Assembly (NCBI GenBank): GCA_044869275.1
Contig: JBIOXB010000088.1
Span: 1-19,747, forward strand
Direction of reading: 5' to 3'
Source of the DNA: a bacterium
GTDB taxonomy: Bacteria > Zhuqueibacterota > Zhuqueibacteria > Zhuqueibacterales > Zhuqueibacteraceae
Length of the DNA: 19,747 bases
A program made the position numbers and the translations under genes. Positions 7,124-15,793 of this stretch are shown here, in pieces. The notes beneath the pieces were generated by a model that did no database searches, was not told the DNA's origin, and saw only the letters and a program-made list of their open reading frames with translations. Position 1 is the first letter of the stretch, and each line of letters opens with the position of its first letter.

Positions 7124-9271
7124 CTATCTACCCACTCCAACCGTCAACCGAAATTCCCGCCCGGGTGTTGGATAGCCTTCGATCACTTGAATCTGTTTAT
7201 CCAATAGATTGTTCACCGCGCCCGCAAGGTAGACTTGATAGCCGGCGGCAAGACTGAAGCGATATTTGCCGAACAAATCTACCAGGCGGTAGCCCGGCAG
7301 CGACTGCGCATTATCCTGCCGCACGAAGCGCTCGCTGACGAGTTGATACACTGCGCCCAAGGTCACCTCGAAAACGTGCGCCGAGAAGATCGCATCCAAT
7401 TTGTCCTCAGGGCGATACAACAATTTTTCCCCACTGGTGGCGGGATCGTCGCTATTCTCTTCTGCTTTGGTCCTGGTGTAGCCCAGGCGCAAATTGAATA
7501 GATCATTGCTCGAACGCCACGTGAACGAAGGCTCAAAGCCGCTGATTTTTGCGGCCGCAATATTCTGCGGGGAAAATCGGAAATTTTCGTCCGGAATCCA
7601 ACTGATGAGATTTTTCATATCCGTGCGAAAAATATCGAACCCGATTTGCCAGTTGCCCGTGCGCTGCGCGGTTTGAAACAACAAGCCTGCGTCGTATTGC
7701 TCGCCTTCCTCCGGCAATAAATCGGGATTGCCCGCGACAAACGGCCCGGCCGGCCAGAACAGATCGTTCATGGCAGGCACGCGAAAGCTTCTGCCCGCGC
7801 TGCCGTGCAGCGACAGGCTGAAGTCTCTTTCCCATTTCCACACCGCGCTCAGTTTCGGCGTGGTGCGCGCGCCGGCATCGCTGTAGTCATCGTAACGTAC
7901 CGCCGGCAGCAGCGCCAGGCTCATAAGGGTGTTATTGCGCACGCGATTCGCGCGCCATTCGGCTTGCACGAATGCGCTGCGCTGTTCGCGCTCGGGCCGG
8001 TGGAGGTCCGTGCTGTTGATTTCGTGGTGCGCCAGCTCCGCGCCATACAAAAAATCCACATTTCCCCAACGGCTGCGATTGTGCAGCATGACCTCGCGCG
8101 AATCGACGCGATGGTGGCTGGCCACAGGAAAAAACGGATCGGGGTTGTCGTAAGTCTGATCGAGACGCTGCATGCTGCCTTGTACAGTGAGGTCAAGTAC
8201 ATTGCCGCGTTGCGCATGCAACAGGATCGCGCTCATGCGATTGTCGTCATCTTGCGTCGCTTCTGGCGAAGGAAAACTCAACGACCCGGCGACATGGCGA
8301 TCGCTCTGGACGCTTTGATGAAACCCGCTTACGCTTAGATTGCCGGAAAATTCGTAATCCCCGCGCACATAAAAATCCTTCTTATCGAGGCTGTTGTTCT
8401 GCAATCTGGGCTGCTCCGCCAGGCCGGTGGGATAATCTCCGTCCGTGCGCATCTGGCCATACGCGGCGACGGCGGAAAATTTGCCGAAACGCTGGCCAAG
8501 CTTGACGCGCGCCGAACCGAGGCCGTAGCTGCCCACGGTGTATTCCGCCTGCGGCGAAAACTGCGCCGACGGCGCGAGCGTGCGAATCTGCACGACGCCG
8601 CCCACGGCCTCGCTGCCGTATTGCGCTGAAGCGCCGCCGCGCAGCACTTCAACACTTTCCATCCCCAGCGTCGGCAGCAGGTTGAAATCCACCCAGCCGC
8701 CTTGCGGATTATTCAACCGAAAGCCGTCTTGCAGCACCAGCACCTGTCCTTCGGAAGCGCCGCGCATGGTGACGGTTTTCAAGCCGCTCAAGCCGCCGTA
8801 TTCCTTCACGAACAGCGACTGCATATGCGCGATCGCTTCGCCCACGTTTTGTTTGGTTGCCAGGCGCGGCGCGGCGGCGGAAACCGTTTCCACCGGAGCT
8901 GGAATATCCGCGGCCACCGCTTCTTCACGTTTCGCGGTCACGGTTACTTCACGAAACAGCAGATGCGCAGGCTGCAAGGCGATGCTCGCATTTTCCCGCA
9001 ACGTCGCGGCTGCGAGACGCACCGGCTTATATCCCATAAATCGAACAACCAAAGTATCATGGCCCTCAGTCCGCGAAATTTTGAACTCGCCTGCGGCATT
9101 CGTGGCCGTGCCCTCGCCGGTCGGCCAGAATAAGACCGTCGCGCCGGCCAGTGGTTTGCCGGTCACCGCCTCTACGATTTTTCCTCTCATGGCTTCGGCA
9201 TTTTGCCCGCGCAGCGCCGGAGCAAATAGAAAGGGCGTGAGCATGGCGCTCACCATGGCACTTCTGAACAT
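7124..9271 (-). CDS. btuB: TonB-dependent cobalamin receptor (BtuB-like) with an N-terminal carboxypeptidase-regulatory-like domain
   Basis: Plug motifs MRGASEGQVLVLQDG and VEVLRGGASAQYGSEAVGGVV. Barrel motifs FRVPAMNDLFW, GNPDLLPEEG, NNLLDK and GYPTPGREF. RBS AAGGAG before ATG 9271. Lies downstream of a B12 riboswitch and upstream of pduO. Confidence 0.88.
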   Translation of the reverse strand: MFRSAMVSAMLTPFLFAPALRGQNAEAMRGKIVEAVTGKPLAGATVLFWPTGEGTATNAAGEFKISRTEGHDTLVVRFMGYKPVRLAAATLRENASIALQPAHLLFREVTVTAKREEAVAADIPAPVETVSAAAPRLATKQNVGEAIAHMQSLFVKEYGGLSGLKTVTMRGASEGQVLVLQDGFRLNNPQGGWVDFNLLPTLGMESVEVLRGGASAQYGSEAVGGVVQIRTLAPSAQFSPQAEYTVGSYGLGSARVKLGQRFGKFSAVAAYGQMRTDGDYPTGLAEQPRLQNNSLDKKDFYVRGDYEFSGNLSVSGFHQSVQSDRHVAGSLSFPSPEATQDDDNRMSAILLHAQRGNVLDLTVQGSMQRLDQTYDNPDPFFPVASHHRVDSREVMLHNRSRWGNVDFLYGAELAHHEINSTDLHRPEREQRSAFVQAEWRANRVRNNTLMSLALLPAVRYDDYSDAGARTTPKLSAVWKWERDFSLSLHGSAGRSFRVPAMNDLFWPAGPFVAGNPDLLPEEGEQYDAGLLFQTAQRTGNWQIGFDIFRTDMKNLISWIPDENFRFSPQNIAAAKISGFEPSFTWRSSNDLFNLRLGYTRTKAEENSDDPATSGEKLLYRPEDKLDAIFSAHVFEVTLGAVYQLVSERFVRQDNAQSLPGYRLVDLFGKYRFSLAAGYQVYLAGAVNNLLDKQIQVIEGYPTPGREFRLTVGVGR

Positions 9272-9361
9272 AAAAACTCCTTGGAAAGAAATGAAGCGCC
9301 CCTGCAGCGATCTGCTGGGCGCAGGTGCAGGAGAGACTTCGGGGAGTGAGGGCATGGGAAT

Positions 9362-9393
9362 AAAAAATCCCCACGCCTTCTCGGGATGGGGAT
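9362..9393 (-). terminator. Intrinsic terminator in the btuB leader (riboswitch expression platform)
   Basis: The minus strand reads ATCCCCA-13 nt-TGGGGAT followed by a T run. Confidence 0.75.
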
Positions 9394-9467
9394 AGCTCGA
9401 CCGCCGATATAACCTTCCCGCGAAGGCTCTCCAATTGAGGATTGAAACACTCCTCATGGAGATGCAA

Positions 9468-9644
9468 TCACAGGCAGGTCTCCTGACTTGCAGCCCGGAT
9501 TTTTCTTTCGCCTTCCCCTCGTGCTGAGAGTGGCGAGAAGCCGGACAACGCGCTGCTTACAGTTGCGGGGCAGTTGCCGATTCGCACGGCATTCCCTATT
9601 CTCCCGGTGGCACGTTCCGCTGAACGCACGTCGGGCACCTGTGT
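9468..9644 (-). ncRNA. Cobalamin (AdoCbl) riboswitch
   Basis: The minus strand contains AGGTG...AATAGGGAA...GTGCGAATC...CTGCCCCGCAACTGTAA...GCCACT...GGGAAGGC...AAGTCAGGAGACCTGCCT (B12 box) in canonical order. Confidence 0.95.
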
Positions 9645-9882
9645 GTCACAAACATAAGCACAGCAAGCAGGAAAGGCAAGGAGTAAATTTGCGCTTGCAC
9701 GGCGCGGTTCGCGTGACTATTTTGTAAAGACCAGTGCAACCCATGTTTTGTTGAGCGCCTCGCCATGCGACTTCATGCGAGTGCGTTGTTGGCTTAAGAA
9801 CTATACCCTCCGCCATGTCATCCCGCCGTTGCGGGATCTTGGTAAAATCGAGCACTGTGCTTGCGCGTCACAAGATTCGGAC

Positions 9883-10018
9883 TGTGTGAAAACTTGAGAA
9901 TGCCGCACCCTGAGCTTGTCGAAGGGAGCTTGTCGAAGGGACCTTGTCGAAGGGTGCTAAGCTCAAGAATCCGGCTTCGACAAGCTCAGCCGGCGTTGAA
10001 ACCAAACGTTTTCACACA
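9883..10018. repeat. MITE/REPIN-like palindromic element with an internal 14-bp triplication
   Basis: 11-bp terminal inverted repeats TGTGTGAAAAC / GTTTTCACACA. Three tandem A(G/C)CTTGTCGAAGGG units (9913-9954) and one inverted copy CTTCGACAAGCTCAG (9975-9989). Confidence 0.75.
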
Positions 10019-10086
10019 AGCTGATTCCTTCTGAATGACATCGAGAACCGGGTATAAAGGCTAAGGTAACAATTTGGCTGTGAGAC

Positions 10087-11454
10087 ATGAAAACCTCCCG
10101 TGATTTGATTCTCAATATCGCGCGTCTGGCTGCCAGCGCCCTCGCCGTGCTGCACTGGCAAGCCTGTATGCAACCCGCGCCGCCGGTGAAATATTACGAC
10201 AAAGAACCGGAAGTGCGCGTGGGCCTGCTGCTCAAACATCAGAAAATTTATTTGAACATTCCCGAAAAGTTCTCCATTCGTGCGGGGCAGGGCAATATGC
10301 TTGCGCAGGATCTCTTGGGCAAGAAATGGCGCGTGCGCGCGGCTGCGGCTGGAACCGCGGCGCCTTCGTTGGAAATGCGCGAACTCGGCGGCCAGCAAAG
10401 TTTCATTTTCCCGAGCGGGTTCGAGATTCTGGCCGCGCGCATGGCGGCGGCGGACAATGAAAGTGCCTTGAGCGGGGAGGCCGCGCGTTATTATTTCGGC
10501 CGCATGCGCTTCACGCACAACGGGCAAAGCGTTTCGGCGATCAATATTTTGCCGGTGGAAGAATATCTGCGCGGTGTGGTGCCGTCGGAAATGAGCGCGA
10601 GCTTTCCGATGGAGGCATTGAAGGCCCAGGCCATTGCTTGCCGCAGCGAAGTGTTGCAGCGCTTGGGAGCAACCGCTCGCCAGGATTACGACATCTGTGC
10701 AGACGAGGGATGCCAGGTTTATGCCGGCACCAGCCGTCAATCCGATAACGTCGATAAGGCCATTCGCGCCACCAAGGGACTGGTCTTGAAAAACGGCGGT
10801 CAAATCGCGCCGGCGCCTTATGCCGGTGTGTGCGGCGGCTTTACTGAAAACAACGAGGCCGTATGGTCAGGCAAGGCGCAGCCGCATTTGCGCGGCCGTT
10901 TTGACGGCAAAAAAAGCTCGCGCCAAAATCAACCCTTGAATTCAGATCAAGCCGTACAGCGCTGGCTGGCAGAAGCCTCCGAGGCGAATTGCAATATCAC
11001 CAACGGCGATACACCGCGCAGCCTGGCATATGCACGCGGCTACTTTCGCTGGGAAAAACAATTCTCCCCGGCGGAAGTGGCAGGCAACATCAAACGAAAA
11101 ACCAACGAAGATCTCGGTACTGTGCTCGATTTCGTGCTGCGGCAGCGCGGCGTTTCGGGCAGAGTGACCCAGTTGCGCGTGGTTGGCGCGAAAAAGAGCA
11201 TTGAGATCAACGGCGAGTTAAATATCCGGCAGGCGTTGTCCACGCCGCCTTTGCCCAGCGCGTTGTTCTTTATCGAAAAGACCGCGAGCGGGACGAACGG
11301 CGGCGCGGAAAAGTTCATCATTCGCGGCGGCGGCTGGGGACACGGCGTGGGCATGTGCCAGGTGGGCGCGGCCATGCAAGCCATGCAGGGCAAGTTGTAT
11401 CAAAATATTCTGGAGTTCTATTACAAAAACGCGCGCTTGGCGAGGGCATATTGA
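10087..11454 (+). CDS. SpoIID/LytB-domain protein (peptidoglycan lytic transglycosylase family)
   Basis: EEYLRGVVPSEM, EALKAQAIACRS, CQVYAG and GGGWGHGVGMCQVGA...ILEFYY motifs. N-terminal export signal, possibly a lipoprotein (WQAC). Confidence 0.9.
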   Translation: MKTSRDLILNIARLAASALAVLHWQACMQPAPPVKYYDKEPEVRVGLLLKHQKIYLNIPEKFSIRAGQGNMLAQDLLGKKWRVRAAAAGTAAPSLEMRELGGQQSFIFPSGFEILAARMAAADNESALSGEAARYYFGRMRFTHNGQSVSAINILPVEEYLRGVVPSEMSASFPMEALKAQAIACRSEVLQRLGATARQDYDICADEGCQVYAGTSRQSDNVDKAIRATKGLVLKNGGQIAPAPYAGVCGGFTENNEAVWSGKAQPHLRGRFDGKKSSRQNQPLNSDQAVQRWLAEASEANCNITNGDTPRSLAYARGYFRWEKQFSPAEVAGNIKRKTNEDLGTVLDFVLRQRGVSGRVTQLRVVGAKKSIEINGELNIRQALSTPPLPSALFFIEKTASGTNGGAEKFIIRGGGWGHGVGMCQVGAAMQAMQGKLYQNILEFYYKNARLARAY

Positions 11455-11513
11455 ATATTGGCCAGAGACCAGTGCACAAGTCGCGCGCCAAGAGTTTTGT
11501 GCTCTCCCTCCAT

Positions 11514-11630
11514 GTCATGCCTTGAGCTTCTCCTCTAGATTGGGAGCATCCTGAAGCTTCCAAAGAAGCAATCTCATCCACCAAATTCGAGCATCAGAGA
11601 TTGCTTCGCCGCTTCGCTCCTCGCCATGAC
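11514..11630. repeat. REP-like palindromic element (GAAGCAATCTC/GAGATTGCTTC type), left arm decayed
   Basis: Inverted pair GAAGCAATCTC (11565-11575) / GAGATTGCTTC (11597-11607), then GCTCCTCGCCATGAC. Outer GTCATG (11514) / CATGAC (11625-11630). Confidence 0.65.
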
Positions 11631-11657
11631 TTTTCCATTACTTTTGCGAAATCCAAC

Positions 11658-12036
11658 TCAAAAGTTGTTGAGCCTCACCTCAATTTCCGGAACGCGGATG
11701 AACCTGGCAGCACCTGAAAAGAAGTCCGCTTCCGCCAAAGCATGATCGGAGCGTCCGAAGACTTCCAACTCTGCCACGACATGAATCCAAACCGGCGTGC
11801 CGGCGACCACGGTGGTGCTGTTGGAGGGCACAAAGTGGCCGTTGACCCAATAGGAAAGGCTCAAATTGGGACCGGCTTCGTCCACCACGGCGAGCGGAGC
11901 TCCCCATTCCCAATTCCTCGAGTTGCACACCACGCCGGCGCTCGGCCTCCAGACTCTCACGGTGCGCTTGCACCTCGCTTTTGAGTTGCTCGAACTGCGA
12001 TTCAAAGGATTTGAAATCCAAACAGGGGGTTGTCAT
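11658..12036 (-). pseudogene. Frameshifted or internally deleted hypothetical gene
   Basis: Good RBS (AAGGAG) and ATG 12036 give a protein-like helical N-terminus (FESQFEQLKSEVQAHRESLEAERRR). A protein-like beta-rich C-terminus (VWIHVVAELEVFG...IRVPEIEVRLNNF*) lies in a different frame. Confidence 0.45.
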
Positions 12037-12212
12037 CGGGTCTCCTTGCGTACATACGCGTGGTCAACTCACTCTACTCCGGTTCCAGTTTCTCAATGGC
12101 GTTGCGATGGATCTAGGCGAGCACCAAAGCTCCGCGTGCTGAAAATCCGACGTAGGTCTCTGCGGGACGGTGCCGCTGCTGATTTGGCGCCCTACAGCCG
12201 GTCATGAACTGC

Positions 12213-12593
12213 TCATAGTCGCTGATAGGCCAAGCGCTCCATATGCGCCCTGCCCCAAAGGCGAATGGCCTCAGCCAAAGGCAATAATGATCGACCATAG
12301 TCGGTCAGCGAATATTCAACCGGCGCTGGAATCGCGCCCTGTGGTTGTCGCTGCACGATGCCGTCACTCATGAGCTCACGGAGCTGCTGCGTAAGCACTT
12401 TCTGCGAAATGCCGGGCATGATCCTGCGCAGAGCCGCGAAATGCTGCGGTGATTGTGCCAGCCAGTAGACGATGATCAATTTCCATTTACCGCCGATGGC
12501 AGCCAGTGCGGCAGTCAACGGACATCCACCGACCGCATTGCGACGCCGCGGACGAGTATGGTTACCTGCAGGTACCTTCTTGATCGAGTTCAT
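12213..12593 (-). CDS. HxlR-family winged-helix transcriptional regulator
   Basis: GCPL...IGGKWKLIIV, PGISQKVLTQQLREL and PAPVEYSLTDYG motifs, with the conserved N-terminal Cys. Confidence 0.93.
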   Translation of the reverse strand: MNSIKKVPAGNHTRPRRRNAVGGCPLTAALAAIGGKWKLIIVYWLAQSPQHFAALRRIMPGISQKVLTQQLRELMSDGIVQRQPQGAIPAPVEYSLTDYGRSLLPLAEAIRLWGRAHMERLAYQRL

Positions 12594-12663
12594 AGGTTAG
12601 ATTATATTGCTTGTGAACAAGGTTGTAGATCACAGTATTACTTACCGCCGGAGGAGGTCATCC

Positions 12664-13383
12664 ATGATCGTTGCATTTCGAAGCTATGGAATCATCTTGC
12701 AAAAGCAGTTTTTGAACGGAAAGTGCTGCATCCGCCAAGAGATCTTCCCGGAACTGCACGGGGAGAACGCGTCCAAACATTTGCGAACTTTTCTCCACAT
12801 ATGCTCCTTGGTTTTCTTCTTGCGACCCCCTCTGGGACTCGCACAGCAGAAGTCAGAGGCATCAGGAACAGGCGTGCAACACGCCCCGACGGCACGGGAT
12901 GGCCAACACGATTTTGACTTCGAGATTGGTACCTGGAAAACTCACCTCAGGCGGCTCCTGCATCCCCTCACCGGCTCCACGACCTGGGTCGAATATGAGG
13001 GCACCACCGTTGTCATTAAGGTTTGGAATGGCCGCGCCAATCTGGTGGAGCTCGTGGCCGATGGCCCAGCAGGCCACTTCGAAGGCCTGAGCCTGCGTCT
13101 ATACAATCCCGAATCCCGCCAGTGGAGTCTCAATTTCGCCAGCAGTCACAGTGGTACGATGAGCCCGCCCACGATCGGTGACTTCAAAAATGGGCGCGGC
13201 GAGTTTTTCAACCAGGAGACACTTAATGGCCGCGCCATTCTTGTTCGATTTGTTATTTCGGACATTACTCCCAATTCTTGCCGATTTGAACAGGCATTCT
13301 CGGATGATGGAGGCAAGACTTGGGAGGTAAACTGGATCGCGACCGACACACGGGTGAAAGAAGGATCTGGCAACGACCGCTGA
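12664..13383 (+). CDS. DUF1579-like secreted hypothetical protein (start uncertain)
   Basis: HDFDFEIGTWK, GLSLRLYNP and FEQAFSDDGGKTWEVNW resemble the DUF1579-like family. RBS GGAGGAGG before ATG 12664. A signal-peptide-like segment begins about 40 codons in. Confidence 0.7.
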   Translation: MIVAFRSYGIILQKQFLNGKCCIRQEIFPELHGENASKHLRTFLHICSLVFFLRPPLGLAQQKSEASGTGVQHAPTARDGQHDFDFEIGTWKTHLRRLLHPLTGSTTWVEYEGTTVVIKVWNGRANLVELVADGPAGHFEGLSLRLYNPESRQWSLNFASSHSGTMSPPTIGDFKNGRGEFFNQETLNGRAILVRFVISDITPNSCRFEQAFSDDGGKTWEVNWIATDTRVKEGSGNDR

Positions 13384-13410
13384 ATTCCGATGCCGAGTTA
13401 GACACCGTGC

Positions 13411-14826
13411 CTAGACCGGTTTGATGTTCCGGTTGGTGCGAAACACGTTCTGCGGATCCCATTTCGCCTTGACCTCGGCAAGCCGTTGGAGTGCTTTGCC
13501 GAGCGCGGCCTTGGTGCGCTCGGGACCTTCGTCCTCTGTCAGGAAGTTGATGTACGTGCCGCCGGTGGAGAACGATTTCATGTCGTCCCACGCCGCGCGT
13601 GCCCATGCGATGTTCGTCCTGTCCTCGGCCGCCTGCTCCCACGAGCCCGACAGGTTGAGCACGTAACGAGCGCCGCGGTTACCGACGGGTGAGTGCTCCT
13701 CCTCGAGCCGGTTGAGAGCACCTTCGATCTGGAACAGGATCACGGCCGAGTGCGGCGAGGGGATTCTTGCCGCATGCGTGATGACTTTCTCACACAGAGT
13801 CGGCTCGATGCGCGCGAGGTATTCGCTCTTCCAGTAGTAACGCCGCCCCTTCGGCTGCGTGGCGTCGAGCAGGGACTGCAACTGCGCGTACGGACGGCGC
13901 ACGAGCACATCGCCGATGGGGTTGCCGAACGACTTGATGGGGGCGACGGCCTTCTCGCCCTCCTCAGGTTTCCCGCTGTAGCAGGCGAGCAACGCCACAA
14001 TCGGCTTCCCATGCATGTCCTTCGGTAACCATGGCGCGGGGGGCGCCAGGCGCATGAGTGCGACGAGCGTGAGTTCGGGTGGCGCCTTCTCGGCGAGCGT
14101 CCGGTACAATTCGAGCACCTGCGGCGCTGCGCTTGCAGGCCAGGCTACGATGCCACCGACGACCTCCGGACCGACAGGGTAAAGCACGTAATCGATGCCG
14201 GTCACGACACCGAAGTTCCCGCCACCGCCCCGCAGCCCCCAGAACAAATCCGCGTTCTCCTCGCTGCTCGCCCGCACCAGCCGTGCGTCGGCAGTCACCA
14301 CATTCATTCCGAGCACAGTGTCCGACGTCCAACCCCAACGCCTCGTGAGGTAGCCGAAACCACCGCCCAGAGTGAGTCCGGCGATGCCAGTAAGCGAGAC
14401 GAAACCGAGGACGGCGGCGAGGCCGTGCAATTGCGTTTCGCGATCCAGGTCGCCAAGCAAACAGCCGGCCTGCGCGTGGGCGACTTTGCTCTTTTGGTCC
14501 ACCCATACGCCGCGCATGAGCGACATGTCGAGCATCAGCGCGCCGTCGGCGGTGGCCAGGCCCGCGATGTTGTGTCCCCCGCCTTTGATGCAGAGCAGGA
14601 GGTCGTTTTCGCGCGCAAACTGCACGCACGCCATCACGTCGGCGGTGCCGAGGCAGCGCGCGACGACTGCGGGCTTCTTGTCGATCATGGCGTTCCAGAC
14701 GGTGCGGGAATCCTCATAACCGGCGTCGCCAGGCAGGAACACCGGTCCGCGGTGACGCATCTTTAAACCGTCGATTGACTCCTGTTTCAGGTCGATCTCG
14801 CGACCTTGTGTCGTTGTCGCTCTCAT
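13411..14826 (-). CDS. FAD-binding oxidoreductase, berberine-bridge/VAO-PCMH family
   Basis: KGGGHN (covalent His-FAD site), GIAGLTLGGGFG, DLFWGLRGGGGNFGVVT, YINF and KAKWDPQNVFR motifs. Confidence 0.93.
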   Translation of the reverse strand: MRATTTQGREIDLKQESIDGLKMRHRGPVFLPGDAGYEDSRTVWNAMIDKKPAVVARCLGTADVMACVQFARENDLLLCIKGGGHNIAGLATADGALMLDMSLMRGVWVDQKSKVAHAQAGCLLGDLDRETQLHGLAAVLGFVSLTGIAGLTLGGGFGYLTRRWGWTSDTVLGMNVVTADARLVRASSEENADLFWGLRGGGGNFGVVTGIDYVLYPVGPEVVGGIVAWPASAAPQVLELYRTLAEKAPPELTLVALMRLAPPAPWLPKDMHGKPIVALLACYSGKPEEGEKAVAPIKSFGNPIGDVLVRRPYAQLQSLLDATQPKGRRYYWKSEYLARIEPTLCEKVITHAARIPSPHSAVILFQIEGALNRLEEEHSPVGNRGARYVLNLSGSWEQAAEDRTNIAWARAAWDDMKSFSTGGTYINFLTEDEGPERTKAALGKALQRLAEVKAKWDPQNVFRTNRNIKPV

Positions 14827-14861
14827 GATTGGGTTTCCTTTCGGATAGCAACTGACAAAGG

Positions 14862-15023
14862 TTAATGTATAATCTCGCCTCTTCTATTGACAAAAATCCA
14901 TTTGCCCTCTAACATGACTCGGGCCTTGCCATTGTCGAATTGCCCCGCCGCCTCAAACTTTATCGGGATCACAATCTTTCCCTTGCGATCAACATATCCC
15001 CATTTTCCTCCTTCTAAGGCTAA
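14862..15023 (-). pseudogene. 3' remnant of a WG/KWG-repeat protein gene
   Basis: Hand translation gives LEGGKWGYVDRKGKIVIPIKFEAAGQFDNGKARVMLEGKWIFVNRRGEIIH*. An in-frame TGA lies at 15024-15026 and there is no start for the repeat. Absent from the ORF track. Confidence 0.8.
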
Positions 15024-15634
15024 TCAATATAGTGCGTGAATTCAACTCTCCGTACATATCCATCTTGGAAGACGAAATATACGGGCTCTTCCGGGCCAGG
15101 ACAGCCATTACATACATACTCGTACTCATCTTCTGAAGTTGAATGAGGCTCTCCAAGAGATCGTAAGATCGTCGTATCTGCTGCTCCGATTCCCAAATTG
15201 GGATATTTGAGATATTGATTGTCGCTTACGAGCACTCGATTCAAGTACTCAGTGCCTTCATGCATCCTGTAGAACTCGAACTGAATACCAGCATAGTACA
15301 GAGACACTAAAGTGTCGGCAACTTCTGGTGCGTACTTATTGGCTATAGCTCGTCGCTGGATTTCCTTTGGTGCACCCAGTTTTGCTGTGATTACAGCTTG
15401 TGTTTCGCCTGCAGGAAGTAGTCCATTGACAACATAATCATCACAAAGGCTGGCACCCGTCGAGTCCTTGGTCGCCAGTTCCGAAGGCGCTGTTGCTGAG
15501 TCTTTTAAAACTTGTTCCGAGGTTCGTGGTGCGCGAGCAACAGCCGGCGTGGACATCTCCCGAGACTGGTCTTGCCTGCAGGCAGCGAAAGAAAACCCAA
15601 TCATAATGGCGATATTGAAAATTCTCTTGTTCAT
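15020..15634 (-). CDS. Hypothetical lipoprotein
   Basis: Probable start MNKRIFNIAIMIGFSFAAC (ATG 15634) with lipobox FAAC. Two internal LGxP repeats (KLGAPKE, SLGEPHS) and a CNGC motif near the C-terminus. Confidence 0.65.
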   Translation of the reverse strand: MNKRIFNIAIMIGFSFAACRQDQSREMSTPAVARAPRTSEQVLKDSATAPSELATKDSTGASLCDDYVVNGLLPAGETQAVITAKLGAPKEIQRRAIANKYAPEVADTLVSLYYAGIQFEFYRMHEGTEYLNRVLVSDNQYLKYPNLGIGAADTTILRSLGEPHSTSEDEYEYVCNGCPGPEEPVYFVFQDGYVRRVEFTHYID

Positions 15635-15793
15635 AACACACCCCGGTGAGCCACTGAACCGCTGTTCTTGCTTCAAAAAACGTTTTGCCATCAGCAATTT
15701 ATCAGAAAATATCTTGGAGGTATCGTTCGACTTTTGCTCGATGCGCTATTTATTGGCCACTCCCGCTTGGAGCATCGTGTTGGGCGATTTGAC

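Noticed and set aside
9272..9457. N-terminal extension of the 777-aa receptor ORF
   Set aside because: It runs through the riboswitch terminator. The RBS and signal peptide support ATG 9271.
9908..9990. CRISPR-like repeats (CTTGTCGAAGGG three times)
   Set aside because: The units are 14 bp and directly tandem with no spacers, one copy is inverted, and there are no cas genes.
8538..10803. ORFs 8538..9395 (+), 9646..9855 (-) and 10012..10803 (-)
   Set aside because: They are antisense to well-supported genes or lie in the promoter region, and show no protein-family features.
14862..14895. TATAAT and TTGACA hexamers on the plus strand
   Set aside because: They are in the wrong order for a sigma70 promoter and lie within the WG-repeat remnant.
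15631..15785. A complete attC site between GCCCAAC and GTTATGA
   Set aside because: The span is about 155 bp with no convincing arm complementarity. Kept only as half-site evidence.
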